From Takakia lepidozioides (taxonomy: Eukaryota > Plantae > Bryophyta): a stretch of 64,000 nt of DNA. Each line of letters begins with the position of its first letter. Position 1 is the stretch's first letter. The translations under genes and the position numbers were made by a program. The notes below the pieces were generated by a model. That model was given only the letters and a program-made list of their open reading frames with translations, did not search any database and had not been told where the DNA came from. The stretch covers positions 70,122,001-70,186,000 of the forward strand of contig CM060731.1 in the NCBI GenBank assembly GCA_030704615.1. The letters are read 5' to 3'. Shown here one piece after another: positions 24,376 to 37,000 of this stretch.

Positions 24376-27300
24376 TCAGTACTCCCCACAAGAAACCGAA
24401 CCCATCTTGGAGATGGTGAAAGCAGTTGGCATCCTGTACAGCAATTGCTTGCAACTTGGTGGTCATGTGGCAATTACCACACACCCTAAGCTTCTTGATG
24501 ACAAGAGGCGTCCCAGCGGCTGTGCCGATCAGCCCATGCAATGGCCAGCTTCTCATGGGAATTACTTTTGCTCCTCATCCACATCATGCAACACAAAGCA
24601 GGTGTCAGGCACGTACCCTTCCTTCTTCATCTACCCAGACAATCTTCCTCAATGTGTGGTTACAATATGTCATCTACCTTGACAACCAACATTTAGCCCA
24701 ATGGTAAGGGCACAAGCCGCCTCACTAGTGGTTGTGGGAAACCACATATTGGATGTCATAAAGGTGTCCACCTTCCCACCGGAAGGGAGTAGCCCTTCGG
24801 GGTCAAGTGACACCATAACTTCGGCACGCATTCACATTGTTTCCTCATATGTGCACATGGCTGCCGACCTCAACTTTTAGCCATCTGGCTTCTTTCTGAC
24901 ATCTCTGACCTTCATTAATCTGCTCACCTGTGCCATATCATCCCACCTGCCAGCTGCGGCATAGATGTTTGATAGCAACACGTAAGTTGCAGCATCCTGT
25001 TGGTCCAACGTGAGAATAGATTTTGCCGCACGTTCTGCCACCTCCACATTCCCATGAATTCTGCAGGCACCAAGCAAGGCTTTCCAAAGCACAACATCGG
25101 GTTTGATTGGCATTTTGTTTATGCAGTCCCAATTGCCCTGCACGGCCAAGAAGGTCCACCATGCAGCCAAACTGCTCTGCTGTAGGAGTGAGGCCATGAT
25201 CTTCACTCATGGAATCAAAGTAGTGTCTGCCTTCATCCACTAGGCCCCCACGGCTGCATGCAGAGAGAACGCATATAAAGGTGATACTGTTTGGCTTCAA
25301 CCTTCCCTTTGCATTCCTTCGAATAGTTGCAGGGCCTCCCAGCCATGCTGGGCTGCCATCATCGCATTCCATGAGACCACATCTCGTTCAGTCATGTTAA
25401 AAAACACTCCCTCTGCATCCTCAATGCTCCCGCATTTAGCATACATGTCCACAAGGGTATTGTCCAGACCAACATCTGGTACAATTCCAGCTTTCATGAT
25501 GTCAGCATGGACCTCTTTTCCCTTTCCCAGGGCTGCCAGGCTAGCACATGCATTGCAAAGGCCAATGAACGTGACCTGATCAGGTTTCACCCCTTCCCCG
25601 CACCATTTGCTCATAGGTCTCCAAAGCCTCCATCCCACCCCCATGCTGTACATATCCTGCGATCATCACATTCCAAGACACCACATTTCTTTCAGACATT
25701 GTCAAACACTCCCTTTGCATCTTCGGTTCTCCCACATTTGGCATACATGTCCACAAGGGTAGTGCCCAAGATAATGTTTGGCTTGATTCTGATTTTCATG
25801 ATGTCCGCATGGACCTCTTTGCCCTTTTCCAGGGCTGCCAGGCTGGCACATGCAATGCAAACGCAAACGAATGTGACCTGATTGGGCCTCACCCCTTCGA
25901 GCATCATTTCCTCATAAGTCTCCAAAGCCTCCCTCGCACACCCATGCTGGGCATATCCTGCAATCATCACATTCCAGGATACCACATTTCGTTCAGCCAT
26001 ATTTTTGAACACTCCCTTGGCATCATCGACACTCCCGCATTTTGCATACATGTGCACAAGGGCTGTCTCCAAGACAATACTTGGCACAATTCCAACTGTC
26101 ATGATGTGAGCATGGACCTCCTTGCCTTTCCCAAGATCTGCCAGGCTCGCACATGCATTGCAAATGCAAACCAATGTGACCTGGTTCGGCCTCACCCCTT
26201 CCCGCATCATTTGCTCATAGGTCTGCAAAGCCTCAATCCCATACCCATGCTGTGCATATCCTGCGATCATTGCATTCCAGGACACCACATTTCTTTCAGA
26301 CATATTGTTGAACACTACCTTTGCATCCTGAGTGCTCCCACATTTGGCATACATGTCCACAAGGGTATTGTCCAGGATGATATTTGGCACAATTCCAGCA
26401 TGCACAATGTCAGCATGGACCTCTTTGCCCTTTTCCAGAGCTGCCAGCATGGCACAGGCATTGCAAATACCAACGAATGTAATCTGGTTGGGCTTCACCC
26501 CTTCCCGCATCATTTGCTCATAGGTTACTAAAGCCTCCATCCCAAACCCATTGTGGGCATATCCTGCTATCATTGCGTTCCATGACACCACATCCCGTTG
26601 AGCCATATTGTCAAACACCCCCTTTGCATCGTCAATGCTGCCACATTTGGCATACATGTCGACGAAGGTAGTGTCCAAGATGATGTCTGGCACAATTCCA
26701 GCTTTCACCATTTGAGCATGGACATCCTTGCCCTTTTCCAGGTCTGCCACATTGGCACATGCCTTGAGAATGGATACGAACGTGACCTGGTTGGGTTTCA
26801 CCCTGCCCTGCATCATTGAGTCATAGGTCTCCAGAGCCTTTAGCCCATACCCATGCCGGGCAAATCCTGCAATCATCGCATTCCATGACACCACATTTCG
26901 TTCAGCCATGTTGTCAAATACAACCTTTGCATCCTGGATGCTACCACATTTGGCATACATGTCCACAAGGACAGTGGCCAGAATGATATCTGGTACAATT
27001 TCAGCTTTCATGATGTCAGCATGGACCTCTTGGAGCTTTTCCAGCGCAGCTATACTGTTGCACGCCTTGAGCACGGAAATGAAAGTGATCTGGTTGGGCT
27101 TCACTCCTTCCCTTGTCATTTGCTCATATGCCTCCAAGGTCTCCCTACAATATCCCTGCTTGGCATATCCTGCTATCATTATATTCCACGTAATCAAGCC
27201 TCGTTCAGGCATTTTGTCAAACACTAGGCGTGCATCCACAATGCTCCCGCACTTTTCATGCATGTTGATAAGGATGTTGTTTAGAAAGATGTCTTGCTTG

Positions 27301-28170
27301 AATCCACTTTGGATTATGTGGGCATGGACCTGCTTTCCCTCTGCTGGGCTTTTCAACTTGATGCACTCCTGCAAGAGACAGACATAACTTTTGGAGTCTG
27401 CCGAAATGCCCCCTTGGTTCAAAATCTGCAGTGCCTCTTTCAGTTGTCCTGCCTTACATAATTTCCTCACGTCCCCACAACTGTCACAAGAGGTGGTCAT
27501 AGTGCTGCAGCTGCTTTCAATTGGCCCTCGACCCATGCGGTTTCTTGTAGTTATCAATCCATAGCCCCTCATTGGTACTCTTCTGCTTGAAATCTCGTTC
27601 TCTAGAATGGATCTTTCTCCCTCGATTGTCGAACCATTGACTTTGGTCTGAAAAAAATTCCTTCCAAAGCTGTTCGTCGTCTCTATTTTCAAAATTTGCA
27701 AATTTGGCCCTAGCAGCATCCAGCTTCTCCAATTCACAATCTACAAGCGGAGGTTTCTTGTAGCTATCAATCCATAGTTCCCCGTTGTTACTCTTATGCT
27801 TAACATCTAGTCCACTAGGATGGATCTTCCTCCCATGATTGTCCCACCCTTGACTGGGATCTTCAAAATATTCGTTTGAAAGCTTCTCCACGTCTGAATT
27901 TTGGCTTCCAGGACATTTGCGCATGTTGCCTCCCTGCTCATCCCCGAGTCCATGAATTTGGTCCTCCTCTACTGGTTTCCACTGCCCCACAGTCGGTTGG
28001 AAACTGTTTGAAGCAAACCTCAATGCAATGCGGTTCGGAAAATTCACAAGCGTCACGTACAGAGTGTACAGCCAACACTTCTTTGAAGCTCTAAGAACAG
28101 GGTCAATGTGGGAAGCATCGAAGCCTCGGGGAGGCTTGTTTGGGCACCCCCAGGTGCCACGGAAACACAT
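24376..28170 (-). pseudogene. PLS-class PPR-E-DYW RNA-editing-factor gene with two N-terminal OSB-type PDF motifs; disrupted by frameshifts, stops and a SINE
   Basis: 681-aa ORF (27737-25692) of 101-aa PLS triplets, with more PPRs at 25653-25100. E motifs WKALLGACRIHGNVE and TYVLLSNIYAAAGRW, then KKPDG. DYW remnants GYVPDTCFVLHDV, HEKLAIA, LRVCGNCH and CGEY*. PDF motifs in ORF 28170-27517. Confidence 0.9.
24681..24820 (+). mobile_element. tRNA-derived SINE (family B) inserted in the E+/DYW region
   Basis: A-box-like TAGCCCAATGG. The body aaaggtgtccaccttccc..ggaagg..tagccctt.ggggtcaag.gacaccataa matches the reverse-strand copy at 61072-61208. Confidence 0.75.
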
Positions 28171-28230
28171 CAGGACAAACTGGGAGTGAGGGCCTTCAAA
28201 TGAATTATCGTCTCTTTCACTCCAAGGCTG

Positions 28231-28267
28231 ACCCTAAACCCAAATGGCGACCTAAACCCTAAACCCT
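28231..28267 (+). repeat. Short plant telomere-like CCCTAAA repeats just upstream of the PDF-PPR gene
   Basis: accctaaacc..cctaaaccctaaaccct seen directly. Confidence 0.5.
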
Positions 28268-29024
28268 GGATAATTTCGTGCAGTTTGAATGGTGGGTCCG
28301 CCCTTCAAATCTAGTGGAACTACATGGAACACTAGCTCCTTGATCTCTTGCTCGCTCTGGTTTGAGCTCTCATGCAATGTTACTGATCAGGATTGCTGCA
28401 TGCTCGGAGGATGTCCTTCTGGTGGGGATTGGTGACCTTTGGCGGAATGGACAGAGTTAGAGAATGAGAGGGAGAAAGATTGGCACGTACTATTAGATGG
28501 CGAAATAAAGATATGTAGAAAATGGAGTATGGGTGATCCTTGAAGCTTGATGATCTTTCCTCACTGACTGGTGGGGATGGCAACATGCTCCGGCGTCCTC
28601 CTGAGTGCTCATGCCCTCGTACCGGGAGGGTCTGCTGGGTGTTAGGACGATGTGCTTAAAACTATTGCTGCTCAGCTGCACCCTGGTGGTTTTGACAGAC
28701 CAATCCAAGATCACCGGACTACAGACATAAGCAGTCTGTACAAGAGGTCATTTGGACTGAGTGTTGGTTGAATCCTCCTTGGGTTGAGGAAATGCTTGCC
28801 TCCATGGCACACAATCAAGCACAAAGTGGTGAGGGTGCCTTCTTCTTCAACATGTTTAGGCTTGTTTTTTGTCCTCTTATCAGATTGTCCTTAGTTTTTT
28901 TAATCATTGTAAGTTAGCTCATCCAGTGTATCCATGCTGGTTCCAATTGTTTTTGACACGTTACAGCCAATGGGTTGCAGGCAAATATCCAAAAACAAAC
29001 AACAGTGATGAGGGGAAGTTGTGG

Positions 29025-29407
29025 GGCTTAAATCCACTTTGGATAATGTGGGCATGCACTTGCTTTCCTGCTGCTAGGCCTTTCATCTTGATGCACTTAT
29101 GCAAGAGGCAGGGATAAGTATCAGAATCTGCTGAAATGACTCCTTGGGACAACATGTGCAGAGCCTCTTTCAGTTGTCCTGCCTCACATGGTGTTCTCAC
29201 ATGCCCACAATTGCTAGAAGAGATGTTGTGGATTCCCTCTCTTGGTCCTCTTTCCGAAGCAATGGTTGATTTTATCAACTGTGCTTTTGCTTCTGCTTCT
29301 AGTTGATCATCTATCCATGCAGGTTTCTTGTAGCTACCAATCCACAGTGAATCATTGGTACTCTTGTGCTTGATATCCTACACTCGTGGATGGATCTGGA
29401 CCCACAC
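29025..29407 (-). pseudogene. Second PDF-PPR fusion fragment
   Basis: One frame: IHPRV*DIKHKSTNDSLWIGSYKKPAWIDDQLEAEAKAQLIKS...CEAGQLKEALHMLSQGVISADSDTYPCLLHKCIKMKGLAAGKQVHAHIIQSGFKP. Confidence 0.85.
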
Positions 29408-30968
29408 TACATCCCTCCTTCAGCTTTCCTTGCCCTGACAACAATAATGTGTATAGATCCTCTCCTATTGCTAGCAAACACGACAGACGGCGACAACGAC
29501 CCAAATTTCTAGCAAACACCCCAACCTACTTGAGACACTACTTCCTATGCTGAATCACTGACAAGACTTTGAAAATGTCTTGGGAAGAGAGGGAGGATGA
29601 CTATGAAAGCATTTCACTGCATCTTGTTGCTTGCTTATGCTTTAACATAACAGGTGTTCACCTTTCTGTCTCGATTGTCCCACATTGACTAGGGTTTGAA
29701 GGATATTCCTTACGGGTTTCTAAACAACACCCTTGTCACCATGTATGACAAACAAAAACTATGATGCACTATAGTTTTACAGTCTCTAAACTAGAGTTGG
29801 TGGAGTAGATTGCTGGACTAGAGCCAGATGAATAGATGGTTAACTTGGCAGCTAATATATTGAGTAAGTCACCCATCATTTCCATCTGGGTTTTAGTTGA
29901 ATGTTCTTTATCCTGTTTTCATCTCCACAAAAACAAATAACAATATATTAGCATTTGATGGGAATTAAAATCTGTTGACATTTATAGACCTTCCGATATC
30001 AGCTATTTACTTAAACTAAATATATTAAAAAACAACAAGAGACAATGAAAGTACAGACAAATGCATTGCTAAATTTCCTCAAATCGAATCGAAAAATCCT
30101 TTATGTCTGCATTTATTATATATATAAGCACAATATTTTTTAATTTAAAATAAGATATAACAATAATTTAATGGTAGTGGCAATTTGGTAGGTAAATTTT
30201 ACAAACACTCAGCTGCAAACCTTGAAAGTGCATTGTACAAACTTTTGCTCGCCTGTAAAAACTTTAGTTGTTCTGGGGTACATGAAAGGACAGTGGGGAA
30301 CAAATCCAACCCCTTTGGCAGACGGCCAGATAACGGGAGCAGGAGAACCCAGCATTGTCAAACCCTTTTTGGCAGAGCCAGGAGCATGAAATGGGAATGT
30401 TAACAGGTGGTTTCAACCGGTTTCTTTCGGATGATATATGTCATCCTCCCACAGGCGGAGTGGACAGCTCACATCAGGAACATATGAACCGTTAGACTAG
30501 GTTGAGACTTCTGGTTTCCATTCAGGCGGGAAAACCCTTATTTTTGTTGCAACCTGGTGGAAATCGGCATTTGACCCCCTTCAATTGGCATGCAAATAAG
30601 GTACCCCTCAAAATTTTGGCCGAATGGGCCAAAATTTGGACAGAGGCATTGGGCCACCTGTGGCCAAAAGTTGATTACGGAATAACCGAGCAATGGAAAA
30701 TTCATGTGTGGGCAGGTGGCTATCTTGTCACCTAGAAAATGGCAGACACATTTCTTTTGGTGCATACTGAAACATTATAAACTCCTACATTCCTAGATCT
30801 CTTCAATTTTTTTTCCCACACTTCGATATTGTGAGTGAACAGCTAATTCACAGTCAACATTCCAGCACCATCTCTAACCTGAAGGTATGAGGTGGGGCAG
30901 GGGTGTTATTTTGGGGTGTTTGATAAAAAATGTCTCAGACAGTTAACAGTAACCGCATCCGAAAGAAT

Positions 30969-31018
30969 GTACTCATAAGCCGTTGTTTGTCGTAGCCTTG
31001 TGGCCATTGACCATTGAC
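30969..31018 (-). mobile_element. Short 3'-terminal fragment of the (CT)n-associated LINE
   Basis: Reverse strand reads ggtcaatggccacaaggctacgacaaacaacggcttatgagtacattct. Confidence 0.8.
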
Positions 31019-31052
31019 CCAATAATCGCATCCGAAAAAGAGAGAGCAATAC

Positions 31053-34000
31053 CTTGAGCTTCTGTTGTTTCCGTTGTAAGCTGGCTACAAGCTCCTCCAG
31101 CTGTTCTATCTTGAACCTCAGCTTCAGACTCACTCCCCCACTTTCTTTCTCTTTTGATACTGCCAATAGCGAGACGATCAGCTTCACACAAAAGCAGTGG
31201 TTTCACTAGCAAAAATAATCACACTGCTTGGATTATCTTCTCTTACATCAACATTAACATGGCCAATGGTGGTTGGATAATCGAGACACCAATGCCTAAA
31301 TTATATTAATCAGACTCTCATATTGATAAAGTAATTGTTAGCCTCATCTCAAAATTCCTCTGTTTCTTTGGCTTTAAACCTGAAAACATTGGGAAAACAT
31401 TACAGAAGTCCAATACTCCGGTGGGATTTACTCTAGAAAATCTTGTATGCAAGGAGGGTCTGATAGTGCCCTCCGAACATGCCCGGCATTGAAATAGCTT
31501 TCCTTGCTCTCCACATAAGGTCTTTTGTCATGAGTATCCACTGTGGCATTGTATGGATTTGACAGCTTTAAAAATAAAATACACACAAACTATAAGCTCT
31601 ATTCAACTTGATGAGACATAAGGGGAGGCATGCTTACATTGATCCAAGGAAATTTCAAGTCGATCTATGGTGGCACATGTTTCCTGTAAGCATTTGTTGT
31701 CAGCTTCATACTCCTTGCAACTGTCAGCAGCATCCCTCTCCAATTTTGCACCCTTTCTACAAACAATTTCATCATCACCAACTCAATGTCAACATAGCTA
31801 AGGGAGTCATTGCTTGCTAAGGAGCAGGAGCAAGGGCATCATAGATCTCTCAAGTCATAGAGAACCATGGCCATAGTGATTGGGACTTTGAGCTAGTACA
31901 TTTCTAAAGAAGATCACATTCATTCCTACCTATCTATCTTCAAACTCCCTAAGTTGAGCATGAGGACGACAGGGTTGAGAAACAAACAATGACCTCTCAT
32001 AGAGAAGCAAAACGTCATCGCAGTGGTGTTTTCTCTCCATATGCTCCAACTCTTTTTCTTGCAGAATAGTCCAAAGTGCCTTAAGCTCTTTAATTTCGGG
32101 AGCCAGTCTGTCCCTATGTTTGTCGAGACTTGCATCGAGCTCAGAAATTTGCTTCCTTACTTTCTTGGAGGATTTCTCACCATCATTGAATCCCCTCATC
32201 AGCGTGATAGGGTTCAAAGTCTCTCCAACATTAAACCCTGTCCATTGATTGCCCATAAATGTATAACAACCTGAAGTTAATACTTTCTTATTACTTTGGT
32301 TTATAACTGTGTGATTCCTTCAGTGTTTCAGCTTCTAAGCTGTATAAGCTGTAGACCTAGTTAGCACTGTCAGAACAATGTTTGATTTCACCTGAAAAAG
32401 TCAAATAATCACAATCTGCGTAGTCTGAAAGACCGACTGCTTGTTGTTCAAGAAGTTGTTGTGTTCGAAGGAGAACACCATACTCAGCTGCCATCTCATC
32501 CATCTCTTTCTTTGATGCCTTGTATGTGGTACTTTTTTTACGCAACAATTCCACGTACTGCTTCAGATCTTCCCCTCTCCTCACCGATCCCTTCACCTAC
32601 ATTTTATTCATTCGGAACTAAGTCTTTGTAGATTGTGATAAAAAAAACCATGATTGCACATCACTTAGTTATTGCAAAGCATGATAAAATTGGGATACCT
32701 CTTCAATGGCTTGATTTTTCTGGTCCAGCTGAGTCCCAAGTTTGTCTCGACAATCTATCAAGCTTGCCACTTTGTTGAAGGCTGAGCGAATCTTGTTGGT
32801 GACAATGGCGCTCATCTGAGCTTGCTGCCTTTGCAGTTCATTGTCCGTGGTGGCCAGACTGTTGAGCCCACCAGTCTTATCTTGGATGTGCTTCTCCCTC
32901 AAAGGCTTTGCTTCTTTGCTCAATGCTAGAAGTTTGGCCTGTGAACCCCAAGGTATCTCAGTTATGTTTCCCTCCATATCTGTATTAGTTGCCATGGCAC
33001 CTACCACAGTTAAGTATTACACCATTGAACTTTTCAAAAGTCAATTACTGAGTTATGAAGTTAGTACCTAGCCTAGCTTCATTCAGTACATAAACAAGAT
33101 AAAAACGTCAAAATTAAACTTGATTGAGACACATCTGAAATGTACAAGTCTAGATGTAGGAGGAATTGAAGGATAAACTGTCATGCTAGCCAGGTGTGTC
33201 TATAATATGAAGGATCTGAAGTGCAACAGGAAGAAGTTGTATTTGCTTGACTGAGGTGGATTTCTAACAAGATAGGAAAGTGAAAGGAATACCACCCTTT
33301 TTGGTATGAACTCTTCCAATCAAAGCGTGGATTGCAAGACAACTAAAAAGACACTCAGCTGGTCCTTCATCGGCATGAAGTTCTGATGGGGAATGTAGTG
33401 TTATGCAATTCGATCTAATATGAGATACTGAAGTGGGAAGCATTGTGGGGTTAAAGTAAGCCTTCGATAATAGGTTCCATTCACTCAATACCATCACTAA
33501 GACTCGTAATACTTCAATATTAACATCACACGGCTGATGCTAGAGAGACAGATAGAGAGATCACCTGAATGCCAATGAGCCTATCATTTGAACAAGGGGG
33601 TCCAAGGACGTCATGGAGAGCTTGTAAATGCAATTGCCTTATCTGCAAATCCTACGACTCTTTGAAGAACAATACAATACTTAGGGGATTAAATTGGTTC
33701 ATGATCAACTTTTGGTCAAACTACCAAACAATCACGAGCAAAGGTGTAAAACATTGCATATCAGAAGTCGTTGGTTGATTAAGTTACAAGTGACTAGAAA
33801 TATGCTATTGGAGCCACAACAAGGTCATGGTAATATAGCTACTTTTTTTTTATCTCAACAAAACCATACACTACCATGAATGCCAATCTTTTGGTTCCAT
33901 AATGGTACACGGAAGAAGTTTGATACAAAGAATAAGCAATAACCAATGACCAAACCAAGTTTATAGTTGGATTGTGGTTATGGTTTGATGTGGATCTCTA

Positions 34001-37000
34001 CTACATCATATCTTCCGTGTTTAGATTCGTTTTTCGATCGGAGTACCCTGCTAAACTTGTACATTGAATTACCTTCATGGCAGTGGTCATCTATTTCAAT
34101 CGGCCAATGGTATTAATCTCTGTGGATTAGCAAATACTCATCCTGCAATTAAAGTTACTCCAGAAGAGAGTGATTGTACTGTTACTTAATTTTGGACATT
34201 GCAAGCAAAGATATGACATAACTGTCATAGCAATAGTTTTGGTGCAACAAATGAGAATCGGCAAAAATCCTGGCAAGTTTGGGAGTCACCTTGTGCAGCT
34301 TGTCTTTGGCAGAGTAATGAAGAAGGGAGCATGATTGGATTAGCTTTTGAAAGAGGAGAGTAGGGCCAGTACTTGCAAAAGCATGAGCTTGGTGAAGTTT
34401 AGACAAAACTTTTGCATACTTTGCTGCATCAATTTCAGATCAACGAAATTTGGATTAGGGTAGTGCATTGGCCAAAGGAAATGCCTCGCCCAGTGATACC
34501 ATCTTGTGGATCCTATTGAAAGAATCCACATGCACATAACAAAGGTACAAAAGAGTTTTTTCAATTTGTACAATGACTAAGTTAATGAATTGTCAAACGG
34601 GTTGCTGAATGTCACATCCAACATGTCTAGTGGTCCATAATGTAGTAAGTGGGTTTTCTGACACTGATAGCCAAATATAGATACATCCATTCCACTAGAT
34701 TTCGTGGTCTAAGACGAAAGGGAGGAGTTCACAGGCCGTTTGCTCAACAACTCTTACTTGATTCGCATGCACTTTGTATGTATCGTTGCCTGATTAGTGA
34801 GCACTTGTTGTTTGGTATCATATGTTTCCCCTTTCCTCACACAACTGAGAGAGAATGTACTAGAGATAGACTTGTGGCCATAGACCCCATGCCCAGTTTG
34901 GGCAGAACAAGAGGGAACAGACACTACCTTTGTGAAGGGCTCACTCCGGTAGTGCGACTTGATATAAAAAAATTGTTCGGGCTTTCCAGATTTCCTCTAG
35001 AAAGCCTTTCAAATAAGCATCAATCTGCTATGTGTGACTAGCAGTTATACCTCAACAGGGCCAGGGCAATATGAGAGAATGTACGACCTTGTTTGCCATA
35101 GCCAGGGAGCTTGTCTCCTATCACAGTATGGAGGATTCGTGAAAAGAAGAATGGAAGACGGCGATGCTGATTATGGCACGAAATAGATTGTAGTAATATC
35201 TTTGGAATATCAGAAGAGCTAATCCGTGGCAGACGGGTCAGAAGATACCCATGCTTGCTTTGGAACCGCCATTTGCCATTAAAAATCACTTACAAATTGA
35301 CAAAAACTTCAGCTCTTGGCAGGAGGTAGGAGGTAGTACTGTGATTTTCTCTAAAATCAGTGCTACTAGGTACACCTCTTGTTGCTTTGATTCCAGCACA
35401 GACCTCAAAAACGTAGCATAAAGTGAGCCGTGGAAATTCGGAAATCTAGAAGGCCACTGGGCACCAGAGAAGTGAAACCGTTCGTGGAGAGAAAGTCGGA
35501 CACCCAAATAAGAAGATGAACAAGAGCAGGAAGAAGAATTACAGAAAACATCAAGGACAGCCTTTGCAATGAAGAACAACCCACTGTCACATAATCTTCC
35601 ATATATGAATCACTTGATACATAAGCTCCACAGTTTGAACCGCCAGAGAAAATCAAAACCCATATCGTCTTCCCACGAATAGGCTTTGCGCCCCTTTCCA
35701 CACGAAGCGAAGCCTCTCTTCCAAAACAGCCTTTGGAAAAATATCAAGGGCCATCAGGCTACGGGCCTCTAGTGTCTTGCAATTTCACACGCTAAATACC
35801 TCACAGGTCGTGGACAGTGAGACCAGGCGGCAGCGACTGCTTTAGCTTGTCGGCCTTATCGGTGTCGAATACGCACAGCGTGTAGAGGTACTTCTTGCAC
35901 CGCACTTTGAACTTGACCACATCCTTGCTCCTCTTGATCTTCACCGATCTCGCATCCTTACGGCGGGCCGTGAGGAGAAAGTCCTTGATCTCACTGATCT
36001 GCTTCGGCATGGTGCTTGCCCTCTGCTCCAATCTGCGCACGCTCCAGCTGTGGCGGCCCAGTACCTTACCCAGCAGCACACAAAAGAACTAGAGAGCGCC
36101 TTCACTCTCGTCAAAGACTTGTTCCCTGCCGCTGCCTTGTTTAGGGTTAGGGTTTCCGCCACATCACGGGTCGCAATGGGAACCGGTTCTATGACTCCAT
36201 AAAATACCATTTCATTTCATTTAAGCTCTTTGAGCTTTCTGTGGACCGTGTTATAAAGTAGCATTTCATTTCAGTTCTCCTGTTGTTCTACTATTCTTTC
36301 GTCTCTCTTACTGAAAGATACTAGGTGTCTCTTTTCAGAATCTGCTTGTCTGTTGTCAAGACCAGAAGTGTTTAGTAAGCAGGAGGCAGCCCTATTTGAG
36401 AAGAGAAGAATGAAAGAACAGAAGTCAAGTCAAGACCTTGCCGACCCCATCACTCTTACCCCAACAGCATGCGCCTCTCCCATCAGACCGTACCCCATGC
36501 CCAGCTTGCGGTCGTCTTTTTGCGCACATCAGAGGGCTTGCGCGACACCAGCGCAAGTGTGCGGCTCTTCATCAGTCCCACACAAATGGTACTTCTCCAT
36601 TTCAGCCCAATGTCTTGCACGCGCCACTTCCTGCCTCTACTTAGCATTGGCTTTCAGCGTTAGATGTTCTGGGCACATTTCAGCTAGGACTGCCAAGGCC
36701 TCGTCTTTATACAAGAATTCCGGTGGCACTACGTCATGAGGTCCAACTTGCACTCCGTCTACCCTTAGACAAGCTGGCTCGTGATCATGATGATATACCA
36801 GCATGGTATCTTTTCTTGTTATTTTCTCAGTGGTGTTTGGTTTTGCCCCCTCGTGGCGGTCAGTCAGGGCACAGAGAAACGCGCATCCGTCTTCACCGTT
36901 TTTTATCTGGAGATTGGGAGAGTCTGCCGGGCACTAGCCCTTGCGGCATGCACCCCTCCCGCTTCCTCCACGCAGCCACCCTCATCGGCCCACAGGCGAC

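Noticed and set aside
24376-24900. Possible DYW:KP (U-to-C) editing domain
   Set aside because: Remnants read KKPDG, GYVPD, HEKLA, RVCGNCH and CGEY, which fit a decayed canonical C-to-U DYW type better.
25394-27387. Plus-strand ORFs with repeated motifs
   Set aside because: Antisense shadows of the PPR array.
35038-35701. Additional nested gene downstream of RPL38
   Set aside because: Broken frames with no recognisable family motif.
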